The notes under the pieces are model-generated. The model had not been told where the DNA came from and searched no databases. It saw only the letters and a program-made list of their open reading frames with translations. This document shows positions 48,691 through 58,388 of a DNA stretch of 64,000 nucleotides, piece after piece. This DNA is from Vicinamibacterales bacterium (GTDB lineage Bacteria; Acidobacteriota; Vicinamibacteria; Vicinamibacterales; UBA8438). Each line of letters starts with the position of its first letter. Position 1 is the stretch's first letter. The translations under genes and the position numbers were made by a program. The DNA lies in contig OZ242205.1 of NCBI GenBank assembly GCA_965206285.1, forward strand, positions 2,067,431 through 2,131,430, written 5' to 3'.

Positions 48691-50171
48691 CAGCCCGTGG
48701 AAGAAGTCTATTCGCTGAGCCGACCTGTTCAGGCAGCTTGGCGATGAGCGATTGAGCCGACCAGCCCCGCTGGCGTCCATTGGAAGTCCCAAGAGGCCGT
48801 CAGACGCCCCCAGAGCGCGGTCAGGCGAGCGATCAGTCCGCAAATGGCCGAAAGAGCCCGCCCCTGCAGGCTCCGGGGCGTGCCGACGCCGGTCAGCCGG
48901 CGCAGCAGCAGTCCGAGGTTGCAACCGGCCGCCTGGATGAGCACCCGCTTGCGCACATTCTCGTGGCCGCGCACCCACACTCGCCGCAGCCCCCCGGTCT
49001 CGTACTGGTGCGCGAAAGGCCGCTCCACCAGCTCCCCGCGGCGGCGTAGAAGACGACGGCCTCGGTCGCCGCGAATACGCCGACGGTTCCCATATAGTGC
49101 CTTCTGCGCAGCACGCTTCCCCACCGGCGTCTCTCCCGTCTTCTTGTCCTGCCAACAGCGCCGACCCCGCTCCGGCTCCGAGACGTAGCTGCGAACCCCA
49201 ATCTCGTCGAGAGCCACCAGCGTCGCGTCGCTGTGGTACCCCTTGTCGGCGACCACCTCTTCGACCTCCGCGCCGTCCGGCTGCACCGCCTCGACCTGCT
49301 CGGCCGCCATCGTCAGCGTCTCCGGCAGCGTCGCCGAATCGCCCTCCGACGCCTCCTGCACCGTCACCGAGAGGATGGCGCCCGTCTCCAGGTCGATCCC
49401 GTGCTCCGCCTTGTGGGCCAAGTGCGTCCGACCGTCCTTCATCTTTGCGATCTTCGCGTCCGTGTCCTGCGGAGACTGCCACTCCTTGTTCGACGTCTTC
49501 CTGTCCTTCCGGGACCGGTCAAACCGCGCCAACTCCGCTCGCGTCGGCGTCTCAATCCCCGATGCCTTCGCCAGCTGACGCACGAACGCCTCGTACGATT
49601 CCCCGGTATCCCGCCGCTCGATGCTCCGCATCGCCGCGTTCGCTTCCAGCGTCGTCGCATCGACCCCGACCGTCTTCCCCTGCACCAGACCCGCTCCCGC
49701 CAACCGTTCCAGCACCCACGTGAAAACCGCCACGTGCGTTTCCACGTCGATCAGACGCCGCGTGCGCGACAGCGTCGAGTGGTTCGGCGGCGCCTCGGTC
49801 ACGTCCAGGTCCAGGAAAGCCCGCAGGCTCAGAGAATCCGCGACCCGCCACGCAATCCCCCGCTCCGACGACAGACCCTCGAAGTAGCCGATGAACAGCA
49901 GCCGGAAATACCGCCCAGGACGCAGACTCGGGCGCCCCAGCCGCGACGCGTAGAACACCGCGCACAACCCCTCCACAATGGCATCGAATCCGGCCTCCTC
50001 CAGAACCCGGTTCAGCCGTTCGAAAAAGGGATGTCCCGCGCTCGTCGGAAGGTCCGCTGTGGTCACCCACATCGGTGACGGCTGTCGCGCCGCCGGCTTC
50101 TTGCCCATTGCCATGCCGCCAAGTCTACGCCACTCCGTCGACTCCGATCTATCGACTTTTGCCACAGGCTG
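48691..50171 (-). mobile_element. Complete IS (IS1182/IS5-like DUF772-DDE type) with CTAG target duplication
   Basis: IRs cagcccgtggaagaagtc / cagcctgtggcaaaagtc. CTAG at 48687-90 and 50172-75. Confidence 0.85.
48729..50114 (-). CDS. DDE transposase
   Basis: GRPSLRPG, PNHSTLSR, VDATTLEANA, VADKGY, VERPFAH. Confidence 0.9.
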   Translation of the reverse strand: MAMGKKPAARQPSPMWVTTADLPTSAGHPFFERLNRVLEEAGFDAIVEGLCAVFYASRLGRPSLRPGRYFRLLFIGYFEGLSSERGIAWRVADSLSLRAFLDLDVTEAPPNHSTLSRTRRLIDVETHVAVFTWVLERLAGAGLVQGKTVGVDATTLEANAAMRSIERRDTGESYEAFVRQLAKASGIETPTRAELARFDRSRKDRKTSNKEWQSPQDTDAKIAKMKDGRTHLAHKAEHGIDLETGAILSVTVQEASEGDSATLPETLTMAAEQVEAVQPDGAEVEEVVADKGYHSDATLVALDEIGVRSYVSEPERGRRCWQDKKTGETPVGKRAAQKALYGNRRRIRGDRGRRLLRRRGELVERPFAHQYETGGLRRVWVRGHENVRKRVLIQAAGCNLGLLLRRLTGVGTPRSLQGRALSAICGLIARLTALWGRLTASWDFQWTPAGLVGSIAHRQAA

Positions 50172-50587
50172 CTAGGCCCGACGGCCGCCCGGCCCGAATT
50201 GCACCAGGAGCCCACGTGAGCGCCCTTGCGCAGGGCGGGCTTCGGGGAAACCGGCCGGGGTCCGTCGCACTCAGCGCCACCGCTGGAGCACGCTGTAGTT
50301 GGGGGTCGACGTAATCGGTGATGTTGATGCCGAACCGGATCACGTTCCCCCGGCGGCCGCCCCGCGGGGGGGCGCCCTGGAGCCGCCCCCGGCCACGCGG
50401 TAGCTGCCCGACGATTCCGGCGGCGCGGCGGCCCCGCGCAGATCGTCGCGGCCGACGCCCGATCGAGGACGACCAGGTCGGCGACCTTGCGTTGGACCGT
50501 CGTCACGGAAGACGAGGACCACGGCGTGCGCCAACATCGGCAACAGCTACACCGCGTCGAACTGCGCCCTGTGAGGAGGACAGAGGA

Positions 50588-51260
50588 ATGCTTCGATACG
50601 CCAGCGTGCTGATTCTCGCGATGGCCACCGCGGCACCGGCGCTCGCCCAGCCGATGTCGCTCACGGCGTCGGTCGCCGTCACCTGGATCACCGACACCTA
50701 CGCCGCCGACCAGGCGGCGAGCGAACCGGCGTTTCCCGACTGGGATGCGCTGCCGGAACGGGAAGACGTGTCGATGGGCGACGTGCACCACCCCGCGATC
50801 GTGGTCGTGTGGCGGGGCCAGCCCGGGTGGATGTTCCAGGACGACGACCCGGAGGCGGCCAACACCCTGAGCTTCTCCGGCGGGACCGACTTCAGCCGCG
50901 GTCCTCCCCTGGTGCCCCTCTCCACGGTCAGCGTGAAGCAGGGCGCCGTCCGGCTCGAGATCGCCTACGTGCACGCGACGCGGGAGTTGACGCTCAACGG
51001 AATCCCCGTCGACCTCCCGGAGGGGCACGATGTCGTCCTTGTCGATGACGTGGACGCGGCCCCCGTCGTCGTCGACACGATCCGCATCGGAGGCTCGGAA
51101 CCTGAACGGGTCGAGACCTTCATACGCCCGCTCAGAGCGGGTGCTTGACTACATCAGGTGCGACCTGCCGCTGCCCGAGGACGCCTTCGGAGACGAACGG
51201 TTCCGTCGAGGGATGCAGCGGACCCTCGACGAGCGCTGCGAGATGATGGGTCCGAAATGA
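50588..51260 (+). pseudogene. Secreted hypothetical protein, probable frameshift near 51125
   Basis: Signal peptide MLRYASVLILAMATAAPALA. A plausible C-terminus continues in another frame to 51260. Confidence 0.5.
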
Positions 51261-51513
51261 CCAACGGCGAGTTGGATGCGCGGTTCGACGCCCTCGCCCG
51301 CAGGTGTTGAGTCCGCACGCGCGTTGGCGCAGGGCGGACGCACCGTCCGCCCCCGGCGCCTCAAGGAGTCCGAAATCTCCGGCCGTCGCGACAGTCGGCC
51401 GCCGCGATATGGTCGGTGGGCGCGCGCATCGTCGCCGTGACGCGTGGGCGCCCCGGCCGCTCAGTTCCGCGAGGCTCTGGCCGAGCGCAACCGCGAGCGC
51501 CCATAATGCCCCC

Positions 51514-51660
51514 ATGAGCACATTCGAGATAATGGGTATGGTGTTCGGAACCGCCGGTCTCAGTCTCGGCACGCTGGGTTTCATCTTCAGCGTCACCGCC
51601 CTCCGGAAGATCAACGAGCTGGAAGCCCGCTTGGCCAAGGAGCCTCCGCGGGAGGACTGA
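51514..51660 (+). CDS. 48-aa single-pass membrane peptide
   Basis: MSTFEIMGMVFGTAGLSLGTLGFIFSVTALRKINELEARL: TM segment plus short coiled coil. Confidence 0.5.
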   Translation: MSTFEIMGMVFGTAGLSLGTLGFIFSVTALRKINELEARLAKEPPRED

Positions 51661-51844
51661 ATGTGGCGGGGGGCGCGCGTCACTGGAGATGAGCATCCGG
51701 ACCTGTCGCCCCGCCCGGAGCACGCGATTTTCCGATGTCCGGCTCAGTCCGAAGCCGGGCGGCGAGGACGCCGCTGGTCGGGGGAAACGGCGACGACGCT
51801 CGCGGAGCCCGTCGGCGAAGTAGCGCTCCCCTGCCGGCGCAACC

Positions 51845-51935
51845 GCGTGATCCGCATCTTCGCGGCGCTGGCCGAGTTCGAGCGGGAGCTGATCCGCGAA
51901 CGGACCGTGGCCGGGCTCAAGGCTGCCCAGGCCGA
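51845..51935 (+). pseudogene. Serine resolvase/invertase remnant
   Basis: IFAALAEFERELIRERTVAGLKAA. Confidence 0.7.
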
Positions 51936-51964
51936 CGCAACAGCTTGCTGCGCGATACCCCCTC

Positions 51965-52015
51965 AAGTTGCGCATAGACGCTTTGATTGCGCGTACAATC
52001 GTCTACGCGCAACTT
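51965..52015. promoter_or_regulatory. Inverted-repeat operator-like site upstream of the HTH/Fic remnant
   Basis: aagttgcgc(a/g)tagacg arms (15/16) at 51965-51980 and 52000-52015, around a near-palindromic core. Confidence 0.5.
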
Positions 52016-52025
52016 TGGAAGTCTC

Positions 52026-52240
52026 GTGCCACGCCGCGTACACGAAGAAGACTTGCGGGCGATCGAGGGGGCGGTGCGCCAGCACCCGGACGGCTTGACG
52101 GCGCAGCAGATCGACGGCGCACTACAGTCCGCGCCCCCTCGCCGCACCCTGCAATACCGCCTGAAGTCGCTCGTCACCAGCAAGCGCCTTGTCATGGAGG
52201 GCACGGGGCGTTGGGCTCGCTACTCCGCGCCGCCGCACGG
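52026..52240 (+). pseudogene. N-terminal wHTH remnant of a Fic-family protein
   Basis: PRRTLQYRLKSLV.SKRLVMEGTGRWARY, then collides with the opposite-strand antitoxin. Confidence 0.55.
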
Positions 52241-52259
52241 CCGGCGGCGGTGGCCGCCT

Positions 52260-52481
52260 GCCGAGCGTGATGTCGCTTTTCGGATCGAGCAGCCGGTCCA
52301 CCTGGGTGCGGCTCGTCTTCAGCAGTGTCGCCATCTTGTTCTTGGAGATGTTCTGCTGCTTCATGGCCTCCGCAAGCTGCCACGCGACGATCTCCTTGAC
52401 AGCCTGCGCTTGCGTTTCCTCGAAGATGCCCTCCTTCTTCAGGAAGGCATCAATGCTCGACCCCATATGGGCCTTGCTCAT
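52260..52481 (-). pseudogene. XRE antitoxin, 3'-truncated
   Basis: HMGSSIDAFLKKEG...MATLLKTSRTQVDRLLDP..DITL, then unrelated sequence. Confidence 0.7.
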
Positions 52482-52834
52482 CGTTCCAACTCCTTCTGGC
52501 GTGTTCGCGCCGTCGCCAGGTCCGAATCTGGCGTTACCCGCGTTTTCTTGATGAACCCGTGCAGCACCACCAAGTGCTGGCGGTAGAGGCTCAGCAGCAC
52601 GCGCGCCGTCCGTGTCGTCGGCAGGTCCGTTCGGATTTCCCAGAGGCCGTCGCCCATCGGGCGGCACAGCAGCATGCCTATCGGCCACCGCCATTGCGCC
52701 CGGAGCAAATCCTTCCCTATCTCCTGACGCTCGCCTTCATCCAGCCGTTGCAGCCACTCACTCGCGGGTTCGCGACCCGCCGCCGTGCGGTAGAAGATCA
52801 GCGGGATTTTTTGCGGCGTCGGCTTGTCGGCCAC
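52478..52834 (-). CDS. RelE/Gp49-like toxin
   Basis: FYRTAAGREP, WPIGM, GLWEIRTDL, VLHGFIKKT..TP. Confidence 0.85.
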   Translation of the reverse strand: MADKPTPQKIPLIFYRTAAGREPASEWLQRLDEGERQEIGKDLLRAQWRWPIGMLLCRPMGDGLWEIRTDLPTTRTARVLLSLYRQHLVVLHGFIKKTRVTPDSDLATARTRQKELER

Positions 52835-52835
52835 C

Positions 52836-52855
52836 CTGCACCTTTAAATGTGCAG
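52836..52855 (-). promoter_or_regulatory. Palindromic operator immediately upstream of the toxin
   Basis: ctgcacctttaaatgtgcag (18/20 self-complementary). Confidence 0.55.
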
Positions 52856-52946
52856 TTTAACCATGTCACGTTGGAAACGGCAATGGTGCTGTCGCCCACG
52901 GCCCTTCCGCCCGCGTTGCGAAACGCCGTAGGCGACGATTGGCGGG

Positions 52947-55376
52947 CTAGAACCGGAACCGCAGCCCGAAGGTCGGGACCCGGGGGAATCCCTGGGAGGG
53001 CACCTCGAACAGCCGCGGCAGCTCGGCGCCGGGGTCGTGCTGCAGGCGCGGCTCGAGAACCACGGCGTTGTCGCGGCCCAGCAGGTTGATGACCTCGACG
53101 TAGAGCGACCACCGTCCCTCGGGGCCGCGCTGGTAGGTGCCGCGGACGTCGACCCGCGCGTAGTGCGGCAGCCGGCCCGAGTTCAGGTTCTCCACCCTGC
53201 CGGTGTACGCGCCCGCGGCGTCGATGGCGGGCACCAGCCGGCCGCGGTCGTCCTCGACCGCGGCCGCCCGCAGCCCGAGGGCCGGGGTGTGGGGGAAGCC
53301 GGTGGCGAGCCGCAGCGTCGCCGCGAGGTCCCAGCGGCTGGTCAGCCGGTAGCGGCCGACCGCGTTGAACGCGTGGGGCCGGTCGTACTCGAACGCATAG
53401 CGCCGCCCGTAGCTCTCGCGCTCGGCGCGGCCCCACGCGTACGAGACCCACCCCGTCAGCCGCGCGGCGGGGTTGCCGTGGGCCAGGTAGACGTCGAGCC
53501 CCCAGGCGTCGCCGCCCGCCTCGTTGGTGGGGGCGCTCAGGATGATGGGGGCGGCGGGCACGCTGCCGCGCAGGGACTCGGGGAAGTCGTACTGCCCCAC
53601 CCGCGCCCGCCGCTCCGCCTCGGTCTCCAGCCGCCCGAGGAGGAGGTCGTCGAAGCGCTTGTGGTAGCCCTCGACCCGGGCGGTCAGATCGCGGCCGAGG
53701 TCCTGCTCGAGGCCGATCACGAGGTGCGTCGCCCTCTCGTGGCGGAGGCCCAGCTCTCGCGCCCGCGACAGGTCGACGAAATAGTCCGACTGGGTGAGCT
53801 TCTCGTACCCGGGGCTCTGCGTGTAGAGCCCCCCCGCGGCCCGGATGCGCGCCCCGCCGCCGAGCGCGTAGCTCGCGGCCAACCGCGGCGAGACGGTGGC
53901 GCCGCCGTTGACGGTGCTCCAGTCGAGGCGCAGCCCCGGCTCGAAGGAGATGCGCTCTGACGGCGTCCAGGTGTCCTGCAGCCACGCGCCCCCGCGCGTG
54001 CCGTCCAGCACGGAATCGAGATCGTCCGGCAGCCCCGCGCCTCCCTGCACGCTCGATCCGTTCGCCTGCTGGTCGTTCCGGTCGCCGGCAATCAGCCACC
54101 GGAAGCCGGTCTGCAAGCGGTGCAACTCGATGCCGGCATGCAGGAGATGCCGCGGCGAGACCTGCACGCTCAGGTCCTGCCGCAAGGAACGGTCGGCCAC
54201 CGTGACGTCGCGATTGAACAGGACCTCGGTCTGCCCGAACGCCACGTCGTCGTCCGCCGCATTGGACCGGGTGGCGTCGGCGCGGACCAGCCCGTCGAAG
54301 CGCAGCGACTCGCGGTTGCGATACCACGACACGATGGTCGTGGCTGTCGCCCGCGGGCCCAGCACCGCGTCGAAGCGTGCCGACGCCAGCCCGTTCGTGA
54401 TGTCCGAGCCCAGCGCCGCGCGTCCGCCGGAGTCGTCGAAGTCGAACGAGAGGTCCGCGTCCTCGACGCTGCGGAGACCGGTCAGGGTGAGCCGGTGCCC
54501 GGGCCCGAGGTCCCACCCCGCCTGCATCTGGAGGTCGGCGAACGAGGGGAAGTTCTGGTCGGCGACGCGCCCCGCCACGAGGTCGTAGTAGGTGCGCCGG
54601 GCGCTGAGCAGCCAGGTGCCGTCGGCGCCGAAGGGGGTGCTCCCCTCGAGCACGAGGTTGGCGTCGGTGATGCTGGCCGCGGTCGAGCCCTCGAAGCCGG
54701 GGCGACCGGCGCGGTTGTCGACCACGAGCAGTGACGAGAGCCGATCGCCGTACGCGGCCCCGAACCCCCCGGCGGTGAGCTCGAAGCCCTCGACCGTCTC
54801 GGGGTTGAAGGCGCTGGCGATGCCGAACAGCCGGTAGGGGTTGTGCACCTCGATGCCGTCCATGACCGTCAGGTTCTGGTCGGGGGTGCCGCCGCGCACC
54901 GCGAGCCGGCTGCCGAAGTCGTCGGTCGACGCCACCCCGGCCAGGGTGTCGAGGGTGCGGAAGACGTTGTCGATGCTGCCGGGGGCGCGGAAGACCGCCT
55001 CGGGAGTGATCGGGGTGGCGGACGGCCGCTCCTGCACCGCCATCTCGGATACGACCTGCACCGTCTCGGCGAACGTCTCGGGGAACAGCCGCACCTCAAG
55101 GGCGGCCCCTTCGGTCGACCGGTCGATCGCGACGACGGTCTCGAGATAGCCGTCGGCCTCGAACCGCAGGCCGGCCGCCTCGTCCTCGAGCACGATCTCG
55201 AACCGCCCGTCCGGTCCGGTCGCCGCCACGCGCTCGCCGGCGGCGACCCGCGCCCCGGCTATCGGCGTCTCCGTCACCCCGTCGAGAACGACGCCGGTCA
55301 CCGTCGTGGCCGGCTGCGCCGCCGCCAATGGCGGACAGACGAGCAGCAGCCCGCACAGGGTCCAGCAGAGTCTCAA
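52947..55376 (-). CDS. TonB-dependent receptor with carboxypeptidase-regulatory-like N-domain
   Basis: VRGGTPDQN, GGFGAAYGDRLSS, terminal GLRFRF. Start placed at a TTG before the signal peptide (uncertain). Confidence 0.85.
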   Translation of the reverse strand: MRLCWTLCGLLLVCPPLAAAQPATTVTGVVLDGVTETPIAGARVAAGERVAATGPDGRFEIVLEDEAAGLRFEADGYLETVVAIDRSTEGAALEVRLFPETFAETVQVVSEMAVQERPSATPITPEAVFRAPGSIDNVFRTLDTLAGVASTDDFGSRLAVRGGTPDQNLTVMDGIEVHNPYRLFGIASAFNPETVEGFELTAGGFGAAYGDRLSSLLVVDNRAGRPGFEGSTAASITDANLVLEGSTPFGADGTWLLSARRTYYDLVAGRVADQNFPSFADLQMQAGWDLGPGHRLTLTGLRSVEDADLSFDFDDSGGRAALGSDITNGLASARFDAVLGPRATATTIVSWYRNRESLRFDGLVRADATRSNAADDDVAFGQTEVLFNRDVTVADRSLRQDLSVQVSPRHLLHAGIELHRLQTGFRWLIAGDRNDQQANGSSVQGGAGLPDDLDSVLDGTRGGAWLQDTWTPSERISFEPGLRLDWSTVNGGATVSPRLAASYALGGGARIRAAGGLYTQSPGYEKLTQSDYFVDLSRARELGLRHERATHLVIGLEQDLGRDLTARVEGYHKRFDDLLLGRLETEAERRARVGQYDFPESLRGSVPAAPIILSAPTNEAGGDAWGLDVYLAHGNPAARLTGWVSYAWGRAERESYGRRYAFEYDRPHAFNAVGRYRLTSRWDLAATLRLATGFPHTPALGLRAAAVEDDRGRLVPAIDAAGAYTGRVENLNSGRLPHYARVDVRGTYQRGPEGRWSLYVEVINLLGRDNAVVLEPRLQHDPGAELPRLFEVPSQGFPRVPTFGLRFRF

Positions 55377-55461
55377 TCCGGGGCGTCCCGCGATGGGGGA
55401 CGAGCAGACGATAGAATAGACCTTGTGCGCATCGGGAACGATGGGCCGAGACGAGGGCCAA

Positions 55462-55743
55462 ATGGACATCACCAAGGATATCCGACCGCTGACCGAGTTC
55501 AAGCGCGATACCGTCCGCTTCATGTCCCGTCTCAAGGAAACCGGGCGGCCATCCGTCCTGACCGTCAACGGCAGACCCGCGCTGGTCGTCATGGACGCTG
55601 AAGCGTGGCAGGACGTCAGCGACCGGTTCGAGTACGCGCGGGCCGCCGCCGGCATTCGCCAGGGTCTCGATCAAGCGCACGACGGGCAGGGCATCGAAGC
55701 ATCCGCCTTCTTCGAGAGACTGGCAGCTCCGGACGACCGGTGA
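55462..55743 (+). CDS. Phd/YefM antitoxin (orphan)
   Basis: DIRPLTEFKR...PSVLTVNGRPALVVMD. Confidence 0.85.
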   Translation: MDITKDIRPLTEFKRDTVRFMSRLKETGRPSVLTVNGRPALVVMDAEAWQDVSDRFEYARAAAGIRQGLDQAHDGQGIEASAFFERLAAPDDR

Positions 55744-55779
55744 AGCCGCGAGGTCGGTCGACGCAACCCGGAGGACTCG

Positions 55780-57762
55780 ATGTCAGTACGCGCAATCTCC
55801 TGTCTCGGCATGCTCATGGCCATGTCGGCTGTCGTCCCCACCGCCGCCGCGGCCCAGCACGGGGCGCCCGACGGCGAGTGGCCGACCTACGGGGGAGACC
55901 TCGGCCATACCCGTTACGCCGCCCTGGACCAGATCGACGCCGGCAACTTCGGCGACCTGGAGCTGGCGTGGCGATTCCGCACCGAGAACCTCGGCCCGGG
56001 GCCGGAGTACGTCTTCCAGTCGACCCCGCTGATGGTCGACGGCGTGCTCTACACGACGGCCGGCACCCGGCGCGCGGCGGTGGCCCTCGACGCGGCGACC
56101 GGCGAGCTGCTCTGGGTGCACCGGCTCAACGAGGGAGAGCGGGGCGCGGGGGCGCCGCGGCGGCTCTCGGGGCGCGGCCTGACGTACTGGGACGACGGCG
56201 GGGACGGGGTGATCTTCTACGTCACCCCCGGCTACCGCCTCATCGCGCTCGACGCCCGCACCGGCCGCCGGATGGCGGACTTCGGCGAGAACGGCATGGT
56301 CGACCTGAAGCTGGGGCTGGACCAGGAGATCGACCCCGTCACCGGCGAGATCGGGCTGCACGCGGCGCCGGTCATCGCCGACGGGGTCATCGTGATCGGC
56401 GCCGCCCACCTCGCCGGGGTGGCGCCGGCGACCAAGGAGAAGCCGACCGGGCACGTCCGGGGCTACGACGCCCGCACCGGCGAGCGGAAGTGGATCTTCC
56501 ACACCATTCCCGGCGCCGACGAGTTCGGGAACGACACGTGGCTGAACGACTCGTGGCGCTATACCGGGAACACCGGGGTGTGGGGCCAGATGACCATCGA
56601 CCCCGAGCTGGGCTTCGTCTACCTGCCGGTGGAGGTGCCGACCGGCGACCTCTACGGGGGGCACCGGCCCGGCGACAACCTGTTCTCGGACAGCATCGTC
56701 GCCCTGGACATCGAGACCGGCGAGCGCGCGTGGCACTTCCAGACCATTCACCACGACGTGTGGGACTTCGACCTCCCCAACGCCCCCATCCTCGCCGACA
56801 TCACCGTCGACGGGCGGGAGATCGAGGCGCTCGCCCAGCCCAGCAAGCAGGCGTTCCTCTACGTGCTCGACCGCGCCACCGGCGAGCCGGTGTGGCCCAT
56901 CGAGGAACGGCCGGTGCCGCAGTCGGACGTGCCCGGCGAGGTGACCTCGGCCACCCAGCCGTTCCCCACCCGGCCGCCGCCGTTCGACCGCCAGGGCATC
57001 GGCGTCGACGACCTCATCGACTTCACCCCCGAGCTGCGCCGGCGGGCCGAGGAGACGATTGAACCGTACCGCATCGGCCCCCTCTACACGCCGCCGTCGG
57101 TCGCCTCCTGGGAGGGCACCCTCGGCACCTTGCACGTCCCGGCCCTGACCGGGGGCTCGAACTGGCCCGGGGGGTCGTTCGACCCCGAGACCGGCATCTT
57201 CTACGTCTACTCGAAGACCGAGGTCCACGCCCTCGGCCTCGTCAGCGACCCGCGGCGCTCGAACATGGACTACATCATGGGCCGCCCCCGCCCCCCCGCC
57301 GGCCAGCGGCCGCGGGGCGGCAGCGGCTTCGGGCTCAACGTGGAGGGAATTCCCGTCATCCGGCCGCCGTGGGGCCGCATCACCGCCATCGACCTGAACG
57401 CGGGCGAGATCGTCTGGCAGGTCGCGCACGGCGAGACCCCGGACCATGTCCGCGACCATCCGCTGCTCGAGGGCGTCGACGTCCCCCGCACCGGCGTCGC
57501 CAACCAGCGCATCGGCACGCTGGTGACCAAGACGCTGGTCATCGCCGGCGACGGCGGGCTGTTCACCGGCCCCGACGGCGCCCGCGGGTCGGCCCTGCGG
57601 GCCTATGACAAGGCGACGGGCGAGGAGGTGGGGTCGGTGCCGCTGCCGGTCCCCGCCACCGGGTCGCCGATGACCTACAGCCTCGGCGGGGAGCAGTTCC
57701 TGGTGGTGGCGATCGCCGGCGGCGGGTTCCCCGGCGAGCTGTGGGCGTTCAGGGCGCCGTAG
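55780..57762 (+). CDS. PQQ-dependent glucose/quinate-type dehydrogenase
   Basis: EWPTYGGD, STPLMVDG, WHFQTIHHDVWDFD, SATQPFPT, GSPMTY. Confidence 0.9.
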   Translation: MSVRAISCLGMLMAMSAVVPTAAAAQHGAPDGEWPTYGGDLGHTRYAALDQIDAGNFGDLELAWRFRTENLGPGPEYVFQSTPLMVDGVLYTTAGTRRAAVALDAATGELLWVHRLNEGERGAGAPRRLSGRGLTYWDDGGDGVIFYVTPGYRLIALDARTGRRMADFGENGMVDLKLGLDQEIDPVTGEIGLHAAPVIADGVIVIGAAHLAGVAPATKEKPTGHVRGYDARTGERKWIFHTIPGADEFGNDTWLNDSWRYTGNTGVWGQMTIDPELGFVYLPVEVPTGDLYGGHRPGDNLFSDSIVALDIETGERAWHFQTIHHDVWDFDLPNAPILADITVDGREIEALAQPSKQAFLYVLDRATGEPVWPIEERPVPQSDVPGEVTSATQPFPTRPPPFDRQGIGVDDLIDFTPELRRRAEETIEPYRIGPLYTPPSVASWEGTLGTLHVPALTGGSNWPGGSFDPETGIFYVYSKTEVHALGLVSDPRRSNMDYIMGRPRPPAGQRPRGGSGFGLNVEGIPVIRPPWGRITAIDLNAGEIVWQVAHGETPDHVRDHPLLEGVDVPRTGVANQRIGTLVTKTLVIAGDGGLFTGPDGARGSALRAYDKATGEEVGSVPLPVPATGSPMTYSLGGEQFLVVAIAGGGFPGELWAFRAP

Positions 57763-57796
57763 CGGTCTTCAGCAACGCCTCCGTGTTCGACGGGCG

Positions 57797-58372
57797 ATGC
57801 GTCCTGCTGTCCGACAGCGCCTCGCCCGTCTCGGCGCGGCCCGGGTTCCGCCTCGCACCGCTGGTTGGAGTCTGCAGCATGACGGAACCGTTCGCCCGCT
57901 CCGGGCTCATGAGATTCGCCTGTATCTCGATATTCACGAACGGGCGATTCGGGGGCTCGCCGCAAGTCACTACTCTCCGGACGACATCGAGGGTTGGGTC
58001 GTGCCGGCGACGGACGAGAACGTGCGCCGACTGGCGCTGAACCCCGACCGCGAAACCCGCCTCATAGCCGAGCTGGATGGAGAACCCGTCGGGATCGGAG
58101 CCCTCGTGCTGGAGGAATCCGAACTGCGGGCCGTCTACGTCTCGCCGGAAGGTGCTCAAAGGGGATGCGGGTCTGCGCTGGTGCGCGAGATCGAGCGGAT
58201 CGCCAGAGACAACGGGCTGGCCCGCCTCACGCTCCACGCCTCTCTCAATGCGAAGCGGTTCTACGCGGACCTCGGTTACGACTTCCTCGAGAGAACGGAA
58301 GTGGTACTGCCCAACGACCATCGCATGGCGGTGGTACGGATGGGGAAGGACCTCCAGGACACTGCGCCGTAG
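57797..58372 (+). CDS. GNAT acetyltransferase
   Basis: VYVSPEGAQRGCGSAL, ASLNAKRFYADLGY. Start uncertain. Confidence 0.8.
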   Translation: MRPAVRQRLARLGAARVPPRTAGWSLQHDGTVRPLRAHEIRLYLDIHERAIRGLAASHYSPDDIEGWVVPATDENVRRLALNPDRETRLIAELDGEPVGIGALVLEESELRAVYVSPEGAQRGCGSALVREIERIARDNGLARLTLHASLNAKRFYADLGYDFLERTEVVLPNDHRMAVVRMGKDLQDTAP

Positions 58373-58388
58373 AACGGCGTGCCAGCGT

